Shown one piece after another: positions 1 to 9,347 of a stretch of DNA of 64,000 bases; the stretch's first letter is position 1, and each line of letters opens with the position of its first letter. Location of the stretch: contig JADLBL010000024.1 of assembly GCA_020847735.1 (NCBI GenBank), forward strand, positions 69,355 to 133,354, given 5' to 3'. Below the pieces are notes generated by a model that did not search any database, was not told the DNA's origin, and was given only the letters and a program-made list of their open reading frames with translations. The position numbers were made by a program, and so were the translations under genes. The DNA comes from Candidatus Eiseniibacteriota bacterium. Its GTDB lineage: Bacteria; Eisenbacteria; RBG-16-71-46.

Positions 1-1
1 C

Positions 2-1762
2 GCGGCCCAGCATCCGGCGATCAACGAGGGCGCGCCCGCGACCTGGGACAAGCTGCGCGACCTGCTCGAACGCAAGCAGTACGGCGAGATGAACATGACC
101 GACTCCGACGGGGACGGCGTCTTCGACCGCCGCGGCATGACGTCGTTCTCGCGCATCGCCGACATCCAGCTCAACAAGGAGTTCTGGCGCTACTTCCGCC
201 GCCAGTGGCTGCTGTTCGGCGGCGACGACTGGGACGCGGTCGAGTACTACGGCGCGACGCGCGCCAACGGCGACGTGCTCGGCGGGCTCGACTACGCGCG
301 GCGGCTGCTGTTTCCGCCGGGCGCGATCGTGCCGTTGCTGCTCGGCCTCGCCGGGGCGCTGTGGCAGGCGCGCCGCGACCCGCGCCGCGGGTTCCTGTTC
401 AATCTCGCGTTCTTCGGGCTCAACACCGCCGGCCTGATCGTGTTCCTCAACTTCAGCGACCACGAGGTGCGCCAGCGCGACTACTTCTTCCAGAGCGGCT
501 ATCACGCCTACACGCTGTGGATCGGGCTCGGGGCGGTGTGGCTGATCGGCTGGGTGCGCGAGTCCTTCGCCGACGGTGGCCTGCGGCGCTGGGCGACGTG
601 GGGCACGCTCGCGCTGATGGTGGCGATGCCGTTCCAGTTGATGCGCAACATGTGGTTCACGCACGACCGCTCGGGCAACTACATCGCCCGCGACTACGCG
701 TACAACATGCTCGCCCCGCTGGCGCCGAACTCGTTCATGTTCACCAACGGCGACAACGACACCTTCCCGCTCTGGTACATCCAGCAGGTCGAGGGCTTCC
801 GCAAGGACGTGCGGATCGTCAACCTGAGCCTGCTCAACACCGACTGGTACATCCGCCAGCTTCGCGACGAGCCGCCGAAGCTCCCGGTCGTGCTCGACGA
901 CGCGACCATCGACCAGCTCGGGCTCGGGGCGATTCGCGACCCGCAGACGGGACGCGTCATCTACACCAACGAGTTCATGGTCCACCACCTGCTGCAGGAG
1001 GACCGCAATCCCGACGGCAGCTGGAAGCGCCAGCCCTATTTCGCGGTCACGGTTCCCGAGCACTACGGCTACGACAACCTGTTTTCGCTGCAGGGCCTGG
1101 TCTACGAGGTGAAGTCGGATTCGACGATGGCCGGGCTCGACGTGGCGGCGACCACGAAGGCGCTCTACAAGACCTTCCTCTACCGCGGGCTGTTCACGGC
1201 CGACGGGTCGTGGGACCCGCGCGTGTACAAGGACGAGAACTCCGAGACGCTGTCGCGCAACTACGCGGCCGCGCACCTGCAGCTGGCGCTTTACTACCGG
1301 CGCACAGGCGACCTGCCGAAGGCGATCTCCGAGATGGAGCGCATCACCCGGATGTTTCCGAACTTCCCCGAGATCCACACGCCGCTCGGCCTCTTCTACA
1401 TGGAGTCCGGGGACACGGCGAAGGCGTTCGGCTTCTACGAACAGCTCGCGAAGCGCTTCCCGGGCAGCCCCGAGGCGCGCTACTACTGGGGCGCGACGCT
1501 GGCGATGGAGCGGCGCATGGACGAGGCGATCCGTGAGTTCGAAATGGCGGTGCAGCTCGACCCGACCTACGCTCAGGCGTATTACGGCCTGTACACGAGC
1601 CTGCGGCAGATGGGCAACCGCGAGGCGGCCATCGCGGTGTTGCAGCGCTGGCTCACGAACGTCCCGAACGATCCGCAGGCGTCGGGCCTGCTGCAGGCCG
1701 AGCGCGGATTCGACGCGTCGCAGGCGCCGACCCGGCGGCCTCCGACGGTGCCGGTGCCCTAG
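2..1762 (+). CDS. DUF2723/TMTC-like polytopic glycosyltransferase (GT-C type) with C-terminal TPR repeats; 5-prime end outside window
   Basis: Frame is open from base 2, with no stop before the listed ATG at 89. Motif FTNGDNDTFPLWYIQQVEGFRKDV and flanking hydrophobic helices fit DUF2723. C-terminal TPR-like repeats are present (SPEARYYWG, DPTYAQAYYGLY). Stop TAG at 1760-1762. Confidence 0.75.
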   Translation, partial: AAQHPAINEGAPATWDKLRDLLERKQYGEMNMTDSDGDGVFDRRGMTSFSRIADIQLNKEFWRYFRRQWLLFGGDDWDAVEYYGATRANGDVLGGLDYARRLLFPPGAIVPLLLGLAGALWQARRDPRRGFLFNLAFFGLNTAGLIVFLNFSDHEVRQRDYFFQSGYHAYTLWIGLGAVWLIGWVRESFADGGLRRWATWGTLALMVAMPFQLMRNMWFTHDRSGNYIARDYAYNMLAPLAPNSFMFTNGDNDTFPLWYIQQVEGFRKDVRIVNLSLLNTDWYIRQLRDEPPKLPVVLDDATIDQLGLGAIRDPQTGRVIYTNEFMVHHLLQEDRNPDGSWKRQPYFAVTVPEHYGYDNLFSLQGLVYEVKSDSTMAGLDVAATTKALYKTFLYRGLFTADGSWDPRVYKDENSETLSRNYAAAHLQLALYYRRTGDLPKAISEMERITRMFPNFPEIHTPLGLFYMESGDTAKAFGFYEQLAKRFPGSPEARYYWGATLAMERRMDEAIREFEMAVQLDPTYAQAYYGLYTSLRQMGNREAAIAVLQRWLTNVPNDPQASGLLQAERGFDASQAPTRRPPTVPVP

Positions 1763-2033
1763 GTTCTGTCTGAGAACGCCCCGCGGCGCCGCGGTCCCGG
1801 GAATGGCCGTCGCGCAAGGAGCGAGGAGGACACGAGAGTTGATCCCTCTGTGGACGACGAGCAACGCGGCCCGACGGCCATTCCCGGGACCGCCCTTCGG
1901 GTTGCGGGCGGCGGCGGCACGGTCGCCGCGTCACGCCTCCTCGACAGGGGGCACACCCTCGTCTCGTCGGCGTTCCTTGCGACCGTGCCACCGGCGCCCG
2001 CAACGGCACCGCGCGGCGTTCTCGGACAGAACC
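1762..2033. repeat. Nested-palindrome, MITE-like intergenic element flanked by TA dinucleotides
   Basis: Terminal inverted repeats 1762-1791 / 2004-2033 are complementary at 27 of 30 positions. Inner perfect 21-bp inverted repeat at 1792-1812 / 1872-1892. Second long stem at 1901-1926 / 1979-2004 (24 of 26). TA at 1760-1761 and 2034-2035. No credible coding frame: ORFs on both strands mirror each other (both end in AFSDRT). Confidence 0.6.
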
Positions 2034-2046
2034 TAGGAGGAAGCGC

Positions 2047-3000
2047 GTGGCGACCCATGCCCTGGTGACGGGAGCGGCGGGCTTCATCGGTTCGACGCTC
2101 GCCGAGCGGCTGCTCGCGGACGGCGTCCGGGTCACCGGCGTGGACTGCTTCACGGACTACTACGATCCCGCGCTCAAGCGCCGCAACCTCGAGGCCGCCG
2201 CTTCGCACCCGGCCTACCGGCTGCTCGAGCTGGACCTGGGAGCGGCCGACCTCGGTGCGCTGCCCGACGTGGACGTCGTCTTCCACCAGGCGGCGCAGGC
2301 CGGCGTACGGGCGTCGTGGGGGCGGGAATTCACCTCGTACGTGCATCACAACGTGCTCGCCACCCAGCGGCTGCTCGAGCGCTACCGCGACGCGAAGCTC
2401 GATCGCTTCGTCTACGCCTCCTCGTCGTCCGTTTACGGCGATGCCGAGCGCTATCCGACCGACGAGACGCTCCTGCCGAGGCCGTTCTCGCCGTACGGCG
2501 TGACCAAGCTGGCGGGGGAGCATCTGGTGCTGCTCTACGGCCGCAATTTCGGCATGAACGTCGCGGCGCTGCGCTACTTCACGGTCTACGGCCCGCGCCA
2601 GCGCCCCGACATGGCGTTCCACCGCTTCTGCCGGGCCCTGCTGCGCGACGAGGAGATCGTCGTCTACGGTGACGGGCGCCAGTCCCGTGACTTCACCTTC
2701 ATCAGCGACGCCATCGAGGCGAACGTGCGGGCCTGGCGGAGCAGCGCGCCGCAGGGCGTGTACAACGTCGGCGGCGGCTCGCAGGTCGAGGTCCTCGAGG
2801 CGATCGAGGTGCTGGCCGGCGCGCTCGGCGCGAAGGCGAAGCTGCGCTTCGAACCGCGCCCGCCCGGCGATCCGCTGCGCACCCGCGCCGACGCCGCGCG
2901 GCTGCAGGCCGACCTCGGCTACGCGACGCGCATCGCCATCGCCGACGGGCTCGCCGCCGAGGCGGCGTGGGCGCGCGGTCTTTACGGGGCGAAGGCGTGA
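2047..3000 (+). CDS. NAD-dependent nucleotide-sugar epimerase/dehydratase (SDR family)
   Basis: Rossmann motif ALVTGAAGFIGSTL and catalytic YxxxK in SPYGVTKLAGEHL. RBS GGAGGAA lies 6 nt upstream of the GTG start. Confidence 0.9.
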   Translation: MATHALVTGAAGFIGSTLAERLLADGVRVTGVDCFTDYYDPALKRRNLEAAASHPAYRLLELDLGAADLGALPDVDVVFHQAAQAGVRASWGREFTSYVHHNVLATQRLLERYRDAKLDRFVYASSSSVYGDAERYPTDETLLPRPFSPYGVTKLAGEHLVLLYGRNFGMNVAALRYFTVYGPRQRPDMAFHRFCRALLRDEEIVVYGDGRQSRDFTFISDAIEANVRAWRSSAPQGVYNVGGGSQVEVLEAIEVLAGALGAKAKLRFEPRPPGDPLRTRADAARLQADLGYATRIAIADGLAAEAAWARGLYGAKA

Positions 3001-3938
3001 GCGCGGCGCCGCGCATCTCGGCCGTGGTTCCCGCCTACAACGAGGCCGAGAGCCTGGCGAAGCTGCACGAGGAGCTGGTCGCGGGGCTCGATGCGCTCGG
3101 CATGCCGTGGGAGATCGTGTACGTGGACGACGGCTCGCGGGACGGTTCCGAGGCGTTGTACGAACGGCTGTGCGCCGCCGACCCGCGCGTGCGGGCGATC
3201 CTGCTGCGCCGCAACTTCGGCAAGTCGGCGGCGCTCGCGACCGGCTTCCGCGCCGCGCGCGGAGAACTGGTCGCGACGCTCGACGCCGACCTGCAGGACG
3301 ATCCGGCCGAGCTGCCGCGGCTGCTGGCGGCGCTCGAGAACGGGCTCGACCTCGTCTCGGGCTGGAAGGTCAAACGCCACGACCCGATCACCAAGACGCT
3401 GCCGAGCAAGCTGTTCAACGCCGTGACCTCGCGGGTCGCGGGCATCCGGCTGCACGACTTCAACTGCGGCTTCAAGCTCTACCGCCGCGAAGTGGTGGAG
3501 GCGATCGAGGTCTACGGCGAACTGCACCGCTTCATGCCGGCGCTGGCGCACTGGCGCGGCTTCCGCGTCGGCGAGCTGGGCGTGAACCACCGGGCGCGTC
3601 GCTTCGGGCGCTCCAAATTCGGCGCCGCCCGGTTCGTGAACGGCTTTCTCGACCTGCTCGCCGCCGCCTTCATCTCGACCTCGGCGCTCAAGCCGCTGCA
3701 CGTCTTCGGGCGCATCGGCGTGCTGTTCCTCGCCATCGGCCTGGGGCTCGGCGTGTGGTTCACCGCCCAGTGGCTGCACGGCGACCCGCTGCGCGTCCGG
3801 CCGCTCATGCTGTTCGCCGCGGCCTGCGTGCTGCTCGCCATCCAGTTCATCCTCATGGGGCTGCTGGGCGAGATGATCGCGCACCAGGCCGCGCGCGCCG
3901 ACTATCCCGTGCGCAAGCGCTTCAACCTGGACTCCTGA
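2997..3938 (+). CDS. GT2 polyprenyl-phosphate glycosyltransferase (GtrB/ArnC/DPM1-like, with C-terminal TM helices)
   Basis: ISAVVPAYNEAESL, VYVDDGSRDGS and LDADLQDDP motifs, plus two C-terminal hydrophobic helices. GTG 2997 overlaps the upstream stop (GTGA). ATG 2967 is an alternative start. Confidence 0.85.
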   Translation: MSAAPRISAVVPAYNEAESLAKLHEELVAGLDALGMPWEIVYVDDGSRDGSEALYERLCAADPRVRAILLRRNFGKSAALATGFRAARGELVATLDADLQDDPAELPRLLAALENGLDLVSGWKVKRHDPITKTLPSKLFNAVTSRVAGIRLHDFNCGFKLYRREVVEAIEVYGELHRFMPALAHWRGFRVGELGVNHRARRFGRSKFGAARFVNGFLDLLAAAFISTSALKPLHVFGRIGVLFLAIGLGLGVWFTAQWLHGDPLRVRPLMLFAAACVLLAIQFILMGLLGEMIAHQAARADYPVRKRFNLDS

Positions 3939-3940
3939 CC

Positions 3941-4630
3941 GTGAAGGCGTTCGTGCTCGCCGGCGGACTCGGGACCCGGCTCAAGCCCCGCTTCGGCGAC
4001 CTGCCCAAGCCGCTCGCCCCGCTCGGTGGCCGCCCGTTCCTGGCGCGCCAGCTCGAGTGGCTGAGGGACCGTGGCGTGGCCCGTGCGGTGATCCTGGCCG
4101 GCTACGGCGCCGGGCAGCTGCGCGAAGCGCTCGGCGACGGCGCCGCGCTGGGCGTCTCGCTCGAATACTCGGTCGAGAGCGAGCCCCTCGGCACCGGCGG
4201 CGCTCTGCGCCTGGCGGCGCCGTTCGTGGACGGCCCGGCGCTGGTCGTCAACGGCGACACGCTCGGCGAATGCGACCCGTGGGTGCTGGAGCGCGACCGC
4301 TGGGAGAGGGGCGCGCTCGGCGCGGTGGCGCTCTACCGCGTGCAGGATGCGGGCGCGCGCGGCCGGGTCGAGCACGCCGGCGGGCGGGTGTCGCGGTTCG
4401 TCGAGAAGGACGCGGCGTTTCGCGGGCCGGCGTGGGTGAACGGCGGCCAGTACGCGTTCTCGCCCGCGCTCTGGCGCCACCTGCCCGCCGGCGTGTCGTC
4501 GCTCGAGCGCGACGTGCTGCCCGGGCTCGCGGCGCGCGGCCTGCTGGCCGGCAGCGAGGTCGAGGGCAGGTTCTGGGACATCGGCACCCCCGAGGACCAC
4601 GCGCGCGCCGAGCGGGAGCTTTCCGCGTGA
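3941..4630 (+). CDS. Sugar-1-phosphate nucleotidyltransferase (HddC/ManC-like)
   Basis: N-terminal VKAFVLAGGLGTRLKP signature. GTG lies 2 nt after the upstream stop. The rest of ORF 2669-4630 upstream is Arg-rich artefact. Confidence 0.8.
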   Translation: MKAFVLAGGLGTRLKPRFGDLPKPLAPLGGRPFLARQLEWLRDRGVARAVILAGYGAGQLREALGDGAALGVSLEYSVESEPLGTGGALRLAAPFVDGPALVVNGDTLGECDPWVLERDRWERGALGAVALYRVQDAGARGRVEHAGGRVSRFVEKDAAFRGPAWVNGGQYAFSPALWRHLPAGVSSLERDVLPGLAARGLLAGSEVEGRFWDIGTPEDHARAERELSA

Positions 4631-5667
4631 GCCCGACGACCGCGCCCGGCCGCTACTACCGCGCCCGCGCGCCGCTTCGGATTTCGTTCTGTGGCGGCGG
4701 CACCGACGTCTCGCCCTACCCGGAGGAGCACGGCGGCTGCGTGCTGTCGGCGACGATCAACCACTATGCGTACGCTTCGCTGCGCCCGCGCCGCGACTCG
4801 CGGCTCACGCTCGCGAGCCTCGACTACGACCTGGTCGCCAAGTACGACCACCCGCGGCGGCTCAAGTTCGACGGCCAGCTCGACCTTCTCAAGGCGGCGG
4901 TCCGGGCGCTGCGCGTGAAACGCGGCGCCGACCTGTGGACGCATTCCGACGCGCCGCCGGGCTCGGGGCTCGGGGCGTCGAGCACGATGATGGTCGCGCT
5001 GCTCGGCGTGCTGCGCGAGTGGCTGAAGGTCGAACTGACCCCGTACGAGGTCGCCGAGCTCGCCTACCGCGTCGAGCGCGTGGATCTCCGGCTGGCCGGC
5101 GGACGGCAGGACCAGTACGCGGCGGCGTTCGGCGGTTTCAATTTCATCGAGTTCAATCCCGACGGCACGGTGGTGACGCCGCTCAAGCTGCGCCGCGAGA
5201 ACCTCGAGGAGCTCGAGTACCGGCTGCTGCTCTGCTACATGGGGCAGACGCGACAGTCGGCGAAGATCATCGAGCGGCAGACGAAGTCCTACCGCAGCGG
5301 CCGGCGCGAGACGGTGGCGGCGCTCGACGCCCTCAAGGCGCAGGCGCACGAAATGAAGCGCGCGCTGCTGCTCGGCGCGATCGACGGCTTCGGCGAGCTG
5401 CTGCACCGCGCCTGGGAGCACAAGAAGCGGCTCGACGAGGGCATCTCGAACCCGCACGTGGACCGGCTCTACGACGTCGCGCGGCGGGAGGGCGCGCTCG
5501 GCGGCAAGATGACGGGGGCGGGCGGCGGCGGCTACTTCCTGTTCCTGACGCGCTTCGACCGGCGCCACCGGGTCGCGGCCGCGCTCGAGAAGCACGGCGG
5601 CCAGGTCGTGCCGTTCCAGTTCGAGGCGCGCGGCGTGACCTCGTGGTCGGTCTCGCGCGGCCGCTGA
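4627..5667 (+). CDS. GHMP-family sugar kinase (HddA-like D-glycero-D-manno-heptose 7-phosphate kinase type)
   Basis: RAPLRISFCGGGTDVSPY N-terminus and GHMP motif PPGSGLGASST. GTGA overlap with the upstream gene. Confidence 0.8.
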   Translation: MSPTTAPGRYYRARAPLRISFCGGGTDVSPYPEEHGGCVLSATINHYAYASLRPRRDSRLTLASLDYDLVAKYDHPRRLKFDGQLDLLKAAVRALRVKRGADLWTHSDAPPGSGLGASSTMMVALLGVLREWLKVELTPYEVAELAYRVERVDLRLAGGRQDQYAAAFGGFNFIEFNPDGTVVTPLKLRRENLEELEYRLLLCYMGQTRQSAKIIERQTKSYRSGRRETVAALDALKAQAHEMKRALLLGAIDGFGELLHRAWEHKKRLDEGISNPHVDRLYDVARREGALGGKMTGAGGGGYFLFLTRFDRRHRVAAALEKHGGQVVPFQFEARGVTSWSVSRGR

Positions 5668-5680
5668 GGGCGCACCGCTC

Positions 5681-6868
5681 GTGAGCGCGCGCGCCTCGCA
5701 GGACGCGACGGGGACCCCGCCGGCGCGGCGCGTCGGCCTGCTCGGCCCGCTGCATCCGTGGCGGGGCGGGCTCGCGCAGTACCTGGGCCTGCTCGGCGAG
5801 GCGCTCGCACCGCTGGCGCAGGTGCGCGCGGTGACCTTCACGCGCCAGTACCCCGGCTTCCTGTTTCCCGGCAGCAGCCAGCTCGATCCGGACGCGCCGC
5901 GGCCGAGCTTCCCGGTCGAGGCGCAGCTCGATTCGATCGGCCCGTGGACCTGGGGCCGGGCGGCCCGGACGCTCGACGCGTTCGCGCCGGGCGCGATCGT
6001 GCTCAAGTGGTGGATGCCATTCTTCGCCCCGTCGTTCGCGAGCTCGGTCGCGCGCGCGCGCCGCCGCGGCAGCCGCGTCGTGCTGGTGTGCGACAACCTG
6101 GTGGCGCACGAACCGCGCTTCTACGACGCGTTGTGCACGCGCTGGATGCTGCGCGAGTCCGACGGCTACCTCGTCATGTCGGACGCCGTCGAGCGCGACC
6201 TCGACCGGCTCAAGCCCGGCGCGCCGCGGCGACGCGTTCCGCACCCGTTCTACGCGCAGTTCGACCGCGGTCGCTTCACCCGCGAGAGCGCCCGCGCGAA
6301 GCTGGGGCTGGCGGGCGACGTGGCGCTGTTCTTCGGCTACGTTCGTCACTACAAGGGGCTCGACACGCTGCTCGCCGCGTGGCCGCGGGTGCGCGAGCGC
6401 CGCCCGGGCGCGACGCTGGTGGTGGCCGGCGAGTTCTACGAGAAGGCCGAACCCTACGAGGCGCTGGCCAGGGCCGCGGGAGAGGGGGCGGTGCGGATGC
6501 TCGATCGCTACATTCCGGACGACGAGGTCGAGGCGCTGTTCCGCGCCGCCGACGTCACCGTGCTGCCGTACCGCAGCGCGACGCAGAGCGGGGTCACGCA
6601 CGTCGCCTACGCGCTCGGCTGCCCGGTGATCGCGACCCGCGTGGGCGGCATCGCCGAGACGGTGCGCGACGGCGAGACCGGACTGACCGCGCCCCCCGAG
6701 GACCCGGCGGCGCTCGCCGACGCGATCGTCCGCTTCTTCGCGGGCAGCCTCGGCGCCGGGATGGCCCCGCACCTGGCGAAGCTGCGGGCCGAGCACTCGT
6801 GGGAGGCGCTCGCGGCCTCGACCGTCGGGCTCGTGGACGAGCTGCGGCCGGCGAGGGGATGGGCGTGA
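5681..6868 (+). CDS. GT4-family glycosyltransferase
   Basis: GT-B C-terminal domain with VVAGEFYE and GGIAETVRDGETGL (EX7E-type region). Confidence 0.8.
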   Translation: MSARASQDATGTPPARRVGLLGPLHPWRGGLAQYLGLLGEALAPLAQVRAVTFTRQYPGFLFPGSSQLDPDAPRPSFPVEAQLDSIGPWTWGRAARTLDAFAPGAIVLKWWMPFFAPSFASSVARARRRGSRVVLVCDNLVAHEPRFYDALCTRWMLRESDGYLVMSDAVERDLDRLKPGAPRRRVPHPFYAQFDRGRFTRESARAKLGLAGDVALFFGYVRHYKGLDTLLAAWPRVRERRPGATLVVAGEFYEKAEPYEALARAAGEGAVRMLDRYIPDDEVEALFRAADVTVLPYRSATQSGVTHVAYALGCPVIATRVGGIAETVRDGETGLTAPPEDPAALADAIVRFFAGSLGAGMAPHLAKLRAEHSWEALAASTVGLVDELRPARGWA

Positions 6869-8439
6869 AGGACCGCGCCCCGCTCCGGCGCACGGCGAAG
6901 CTCCTCGCGCTCGCGGCGCTGCTCGTGTACGCCGTCAGCGGCGGCGGCCGCATCACCGGCAGCGACGAGGTGACGATGTACGACCTCTCGCGCGCCCTGC
7001 TGCGCGGCGGCATCGCGGTGCCCGAAGGGGCGACGCTGCGCGGACCCGACGGACGCTTCTACAGCAAGAACAACGCGGGTCAGGCGATGCTCGCGGCGCC
7101 GTTCGTGGCGGCCGGCGAGGCGGCGGCCGCTGTCTCCGGTCTGCCTCCGCAGCGTGCCGAACTGGCGTCGCGGTTCGTCGCCTCGTTCTTCAACGCCTTC
7201 GTGTGCGCCTTGCTGGTGGCGGCGCTGTACGCGTTCGCGCGCCGGCTCGGCGCGACGCCGGGCGCGTCGTTCGCGGCCGCCGTGCTGCTCGGCTTCACGA
7301 CACCGCTGTGGGTGTACGCGAAGAGCTTCATGGCCGAGCCGCTCGAAGCGCTCGGCCTGCTGCTGGCGCTCGGCAACGCCGCGCTCGCCTCGGCGGGCGG
7401 CGCTCAGCCCCTGCCCGACGAGCGCCGCCGCCTGATCCACGCCGGGCTCGGCGGCTTCCTCGCGGTCTCGGCCAAGGCGAGCATGCTGCCGCTGGTGCTG
7501 GTCGCCTTCGCGGCGCTCGGGCGGGAGCGGCCCTCGCGATGGCTCGTGCCGCTGGCCGGTGTCGCCCTCGCCGCCGCGGGGCACCTCGCCTACAACGTCG
7601 CGCGCTTCGGCAACCCGCTCGAGAGCGGTTACGGCGCGCAGGCCTCGGCCGCGGCGTTCACGACCCCGCTGCTCGTCGGCCTGTACGGGCTGCTGCTGTC
7701 CTCCGGCAAGGGCGTGCTGTGGTTCGCTCCGGCCGTGTGGCTGGCCCCCGCCGGTGTCGCCGAGATGACGCGCTCCCGTTCCCACTCCGGAGAAGCCCGC
7801 CACGGCGGCCCGGCGCGCCGCGCCGGCAGGGCCGCGGTCGCGATGTGGGCCGTGGCGCTGCTCCAGTTCGGGACCTTCCAGCACTGGGCGGGAGACGGCT
7901 CGTGGGGACCGCGCTACCTGGTGCCGCTGCTGCCGCCCGCGCTGCTGGCGGTGGCGTTCGCGCTCACCGCCGCGACGCGCGCGCGCCGCCGGGCGGCGTG
8001 GGCCCTGGGGATCGCCGGGCTGCTCGTCACGCTCGGCGGCGTCGGCATCCACTACGGGGCCGAGATGCGGGAGGTCGGCGACTATCCCTACACGACCGCG
8101 CTCGACGATCCGCGTTTCATGGAGGCGAGCCACTTCAATCCGCGCTTCAGCCCGATCGCGGTGCACTGGCGCATGCTGGCCGACAACATCACCGCTCACC
8201 TGCACGGCGATCTGCCGGTCCTCGGCTCGGGAGGGCCGGTGGATCCGCGCCTCGGCATCTCGGCGACGGACCAGCACGCCCTGCTGCGCGCGATCGACGT
8301 CTGGTGGCTGTACGCGCGCTACGCCGGGCTGCCCGGGTGGCCGCTCGCGCTCGCCGCGATCGTGCTCGCCGCCGCCGCGGCGGGCGCCGGGGCCGCCGCG
8401 CTCGGCGCGCTCGCGCGGGAGCGCGCGCACCCGGTATGA
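6859..8439 (+). CDS. Polytopic GT-C-type membrane glycosyltransferase (ArnT/PMT-like)
   Basis: About 12 hydrophobic segments and an early loop GGGRITGSDEVTMYDLSRALL with an acidic DE motif. ATG 6859 overlaps the upstream gene end. The upstream part of ORF 5758-8439 is artefact. Confidence 0.7.
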   Translation: MGVKDRAPLRRTAKLLALAALLVYAVSGGGRITGSDEVTMYDLSRALLRGGIAVPEGATLRGPDGRFYSKNNAGQAMLAAPFVAAGEAAAAVSGLPPQRAELASRFVASFFNAFVCALLVAALYAFARRLGATPGASFAAAVLLGFTTPLWVYAKSFMAEPLEALGLLLALGNAALASAGGAQPLPDERRRLIHAGLGGFLAVSAKASMLPLVLVAFAALGRERPSRWLVPLAGVALAAAGHLAYNVARFGNPLESGYGAQASAAAFTTPLLVGLYGLLLSSGKGVLWFAPAVWLAPAGVAEMTRSRSHSGEARHGGPARRAGRAAVAMWAVALLQFGTFQHWAGDGSWGPRYLVPLLPPALLAVAFALTAATRARRRAAWALGIAGLLVTLGGVGIHYGAEMREVGDYPYTTALDDPRFMEASHFNPRFSPIAVHWRMLADNITAHLHGDLPVLGSGGPVDPRLGISATDQHALLRAIDVWWLYARYAGLPGWPLALAAIVLAAAAAGAGAAALGALARERAHPV

Positions 8440-9347
8440 AGACGCTCGTGGTCGTCGTGCTCGGCTGGAACGGCCTCGCGCTCACGCGCGCGACCCTCGA
8501 TTCGCTGGCGCGCTGCCGCGTGCCGCGGGGCTGGAGCGCGCGGGTGATGGTGGTGGACAACGGCTCGACGGACGGCTCGCCCGCGGCGATCGCCGCCGAA
8601 TACCCGGGCGTCGAGCTGCTCGCGCTGCCCGCGAACCGCCGCTTCGCCGGCGGCAACAACGCCGGGCTCGCGCGCGCGCTCGAGAGCGGGGCGGACGCCG
8701 TCATGCTGCTCAACAACGACGTGCAGGCCGATCCGGCGCTGTACGAAAAGCTCCTGGCGGCGCTCGAGGAGGACCCGCGCGCGGGGGCCGCCGCGCCGCT
8801 CATCTACCACGCGGCTCCCGGAAACCTCATCTGGTACGCGGGCGGGCGCTGCGTGCCCGCGCTCGCGCACACCTCGCACCGCGCGATCCGTCAGCGGGAT
8901 CACGGGCAGTTCCGCTCCATCGAGCCGACGGGCTACCTGACCGGCTGCTGCCTGCTGGCGACCGCCGGGGCGTGGCGAAAGGTGGGGCCGCTGGACGAGG
9001 GCTACTTCATCTACGCCGAGGACGCCGACTGGTCGTTGCGCGCGCGCGCGGCCGGCTACCGGCTGCTGTTCGTGCCCACCGCCCGCCTGTGGCACGAGGT
9101 GAGCGCGAGCAGCGGGGGGGCGGTGAACGCGTGGAAGATCTACCAGCGCCTGCGCGCCGGCGTCCGGCTGTGGTCGTTGCACGCGCGCGGCCTCGCCCGG
9201 CTCACCTGGGGACCCGCGTTCGTCGCGCAGCAGGCGCTGCTCTGGGTGGCGCTCCTCGGCCGCGGCCGGTTCGCCGCGGCGGCCGCGGTTCCCCGCGCGC
9301 TGCTCGACGCGCTCGCCGGCCGCGACCCGTCGCAGGTGCGGCCATGA
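8436..9347 (+). CDS. GT2-family glycosyltransferase
   Basis: VVVVLGWNGLALTRATLDSL, VVDNGSTDGS and MLLNNDV motifs. ATGA overlap with the upstream gene. Confidence 0.85.
   Translation: MKTLVVVVLGWNGLALTRATLDSLARCRVPRGWSARVMVVDNGSTDGSPAAIAAEYPGVELLALPANRRFAGGNNAGLARALESGADAVMLLNNDVQADPALYEKLLAALEEDPRAGAAAPLIYHAAPGNLIWYAGGRCVPALAHTSHRAIRQRDHGQFRSIEPTGYLTGCCLLATAGAWRKVGPLDEGYFIYAEDADWSLRARAAGYRLLFVPTARLWHEVSASSGGAVNAWKIYQRLRAGVRLWSLHARGLARLTWGPAFVAQQALLWVALLGRGRFAAAAAVPRALLDALAGRDPSQVRP

Noticed and set aside
1533-2153. ORFs crossing the 1762-2033 element on both strands (1533-2036 +, 1653-2153 -, 1759-2622 -, 1850-2068 +).
   Set aside because: Their translations mirror each other (both strands end in AFSDRT and both contain RRPFPGP). 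That is simply the consequence of the inverted repeats and is not evidence of coding.
2669-3940. N-terminal extensions of listed ORFs that run through the preceding gene. Examples are 2669-3940, 4057-4626, 5758-6858, 7203-8435, 8972-9343, 9901-10203, 10572-11213, 13116-14753, 17368-18315, 20466-21296, 21638-22315, 22231-23394, 23514-24659, 29109-30890, 32054-32392, 33204-33818, 33830-34906, 35365-36279, 36147-37412 and 39192-39941.
   Set aside because: The upstream parts are Arg-rich junk overlapping well-supported genes. The true starts coincide with ATGA/GTGA overlaps or RBS-preceded codons and give family-typical N-termini.
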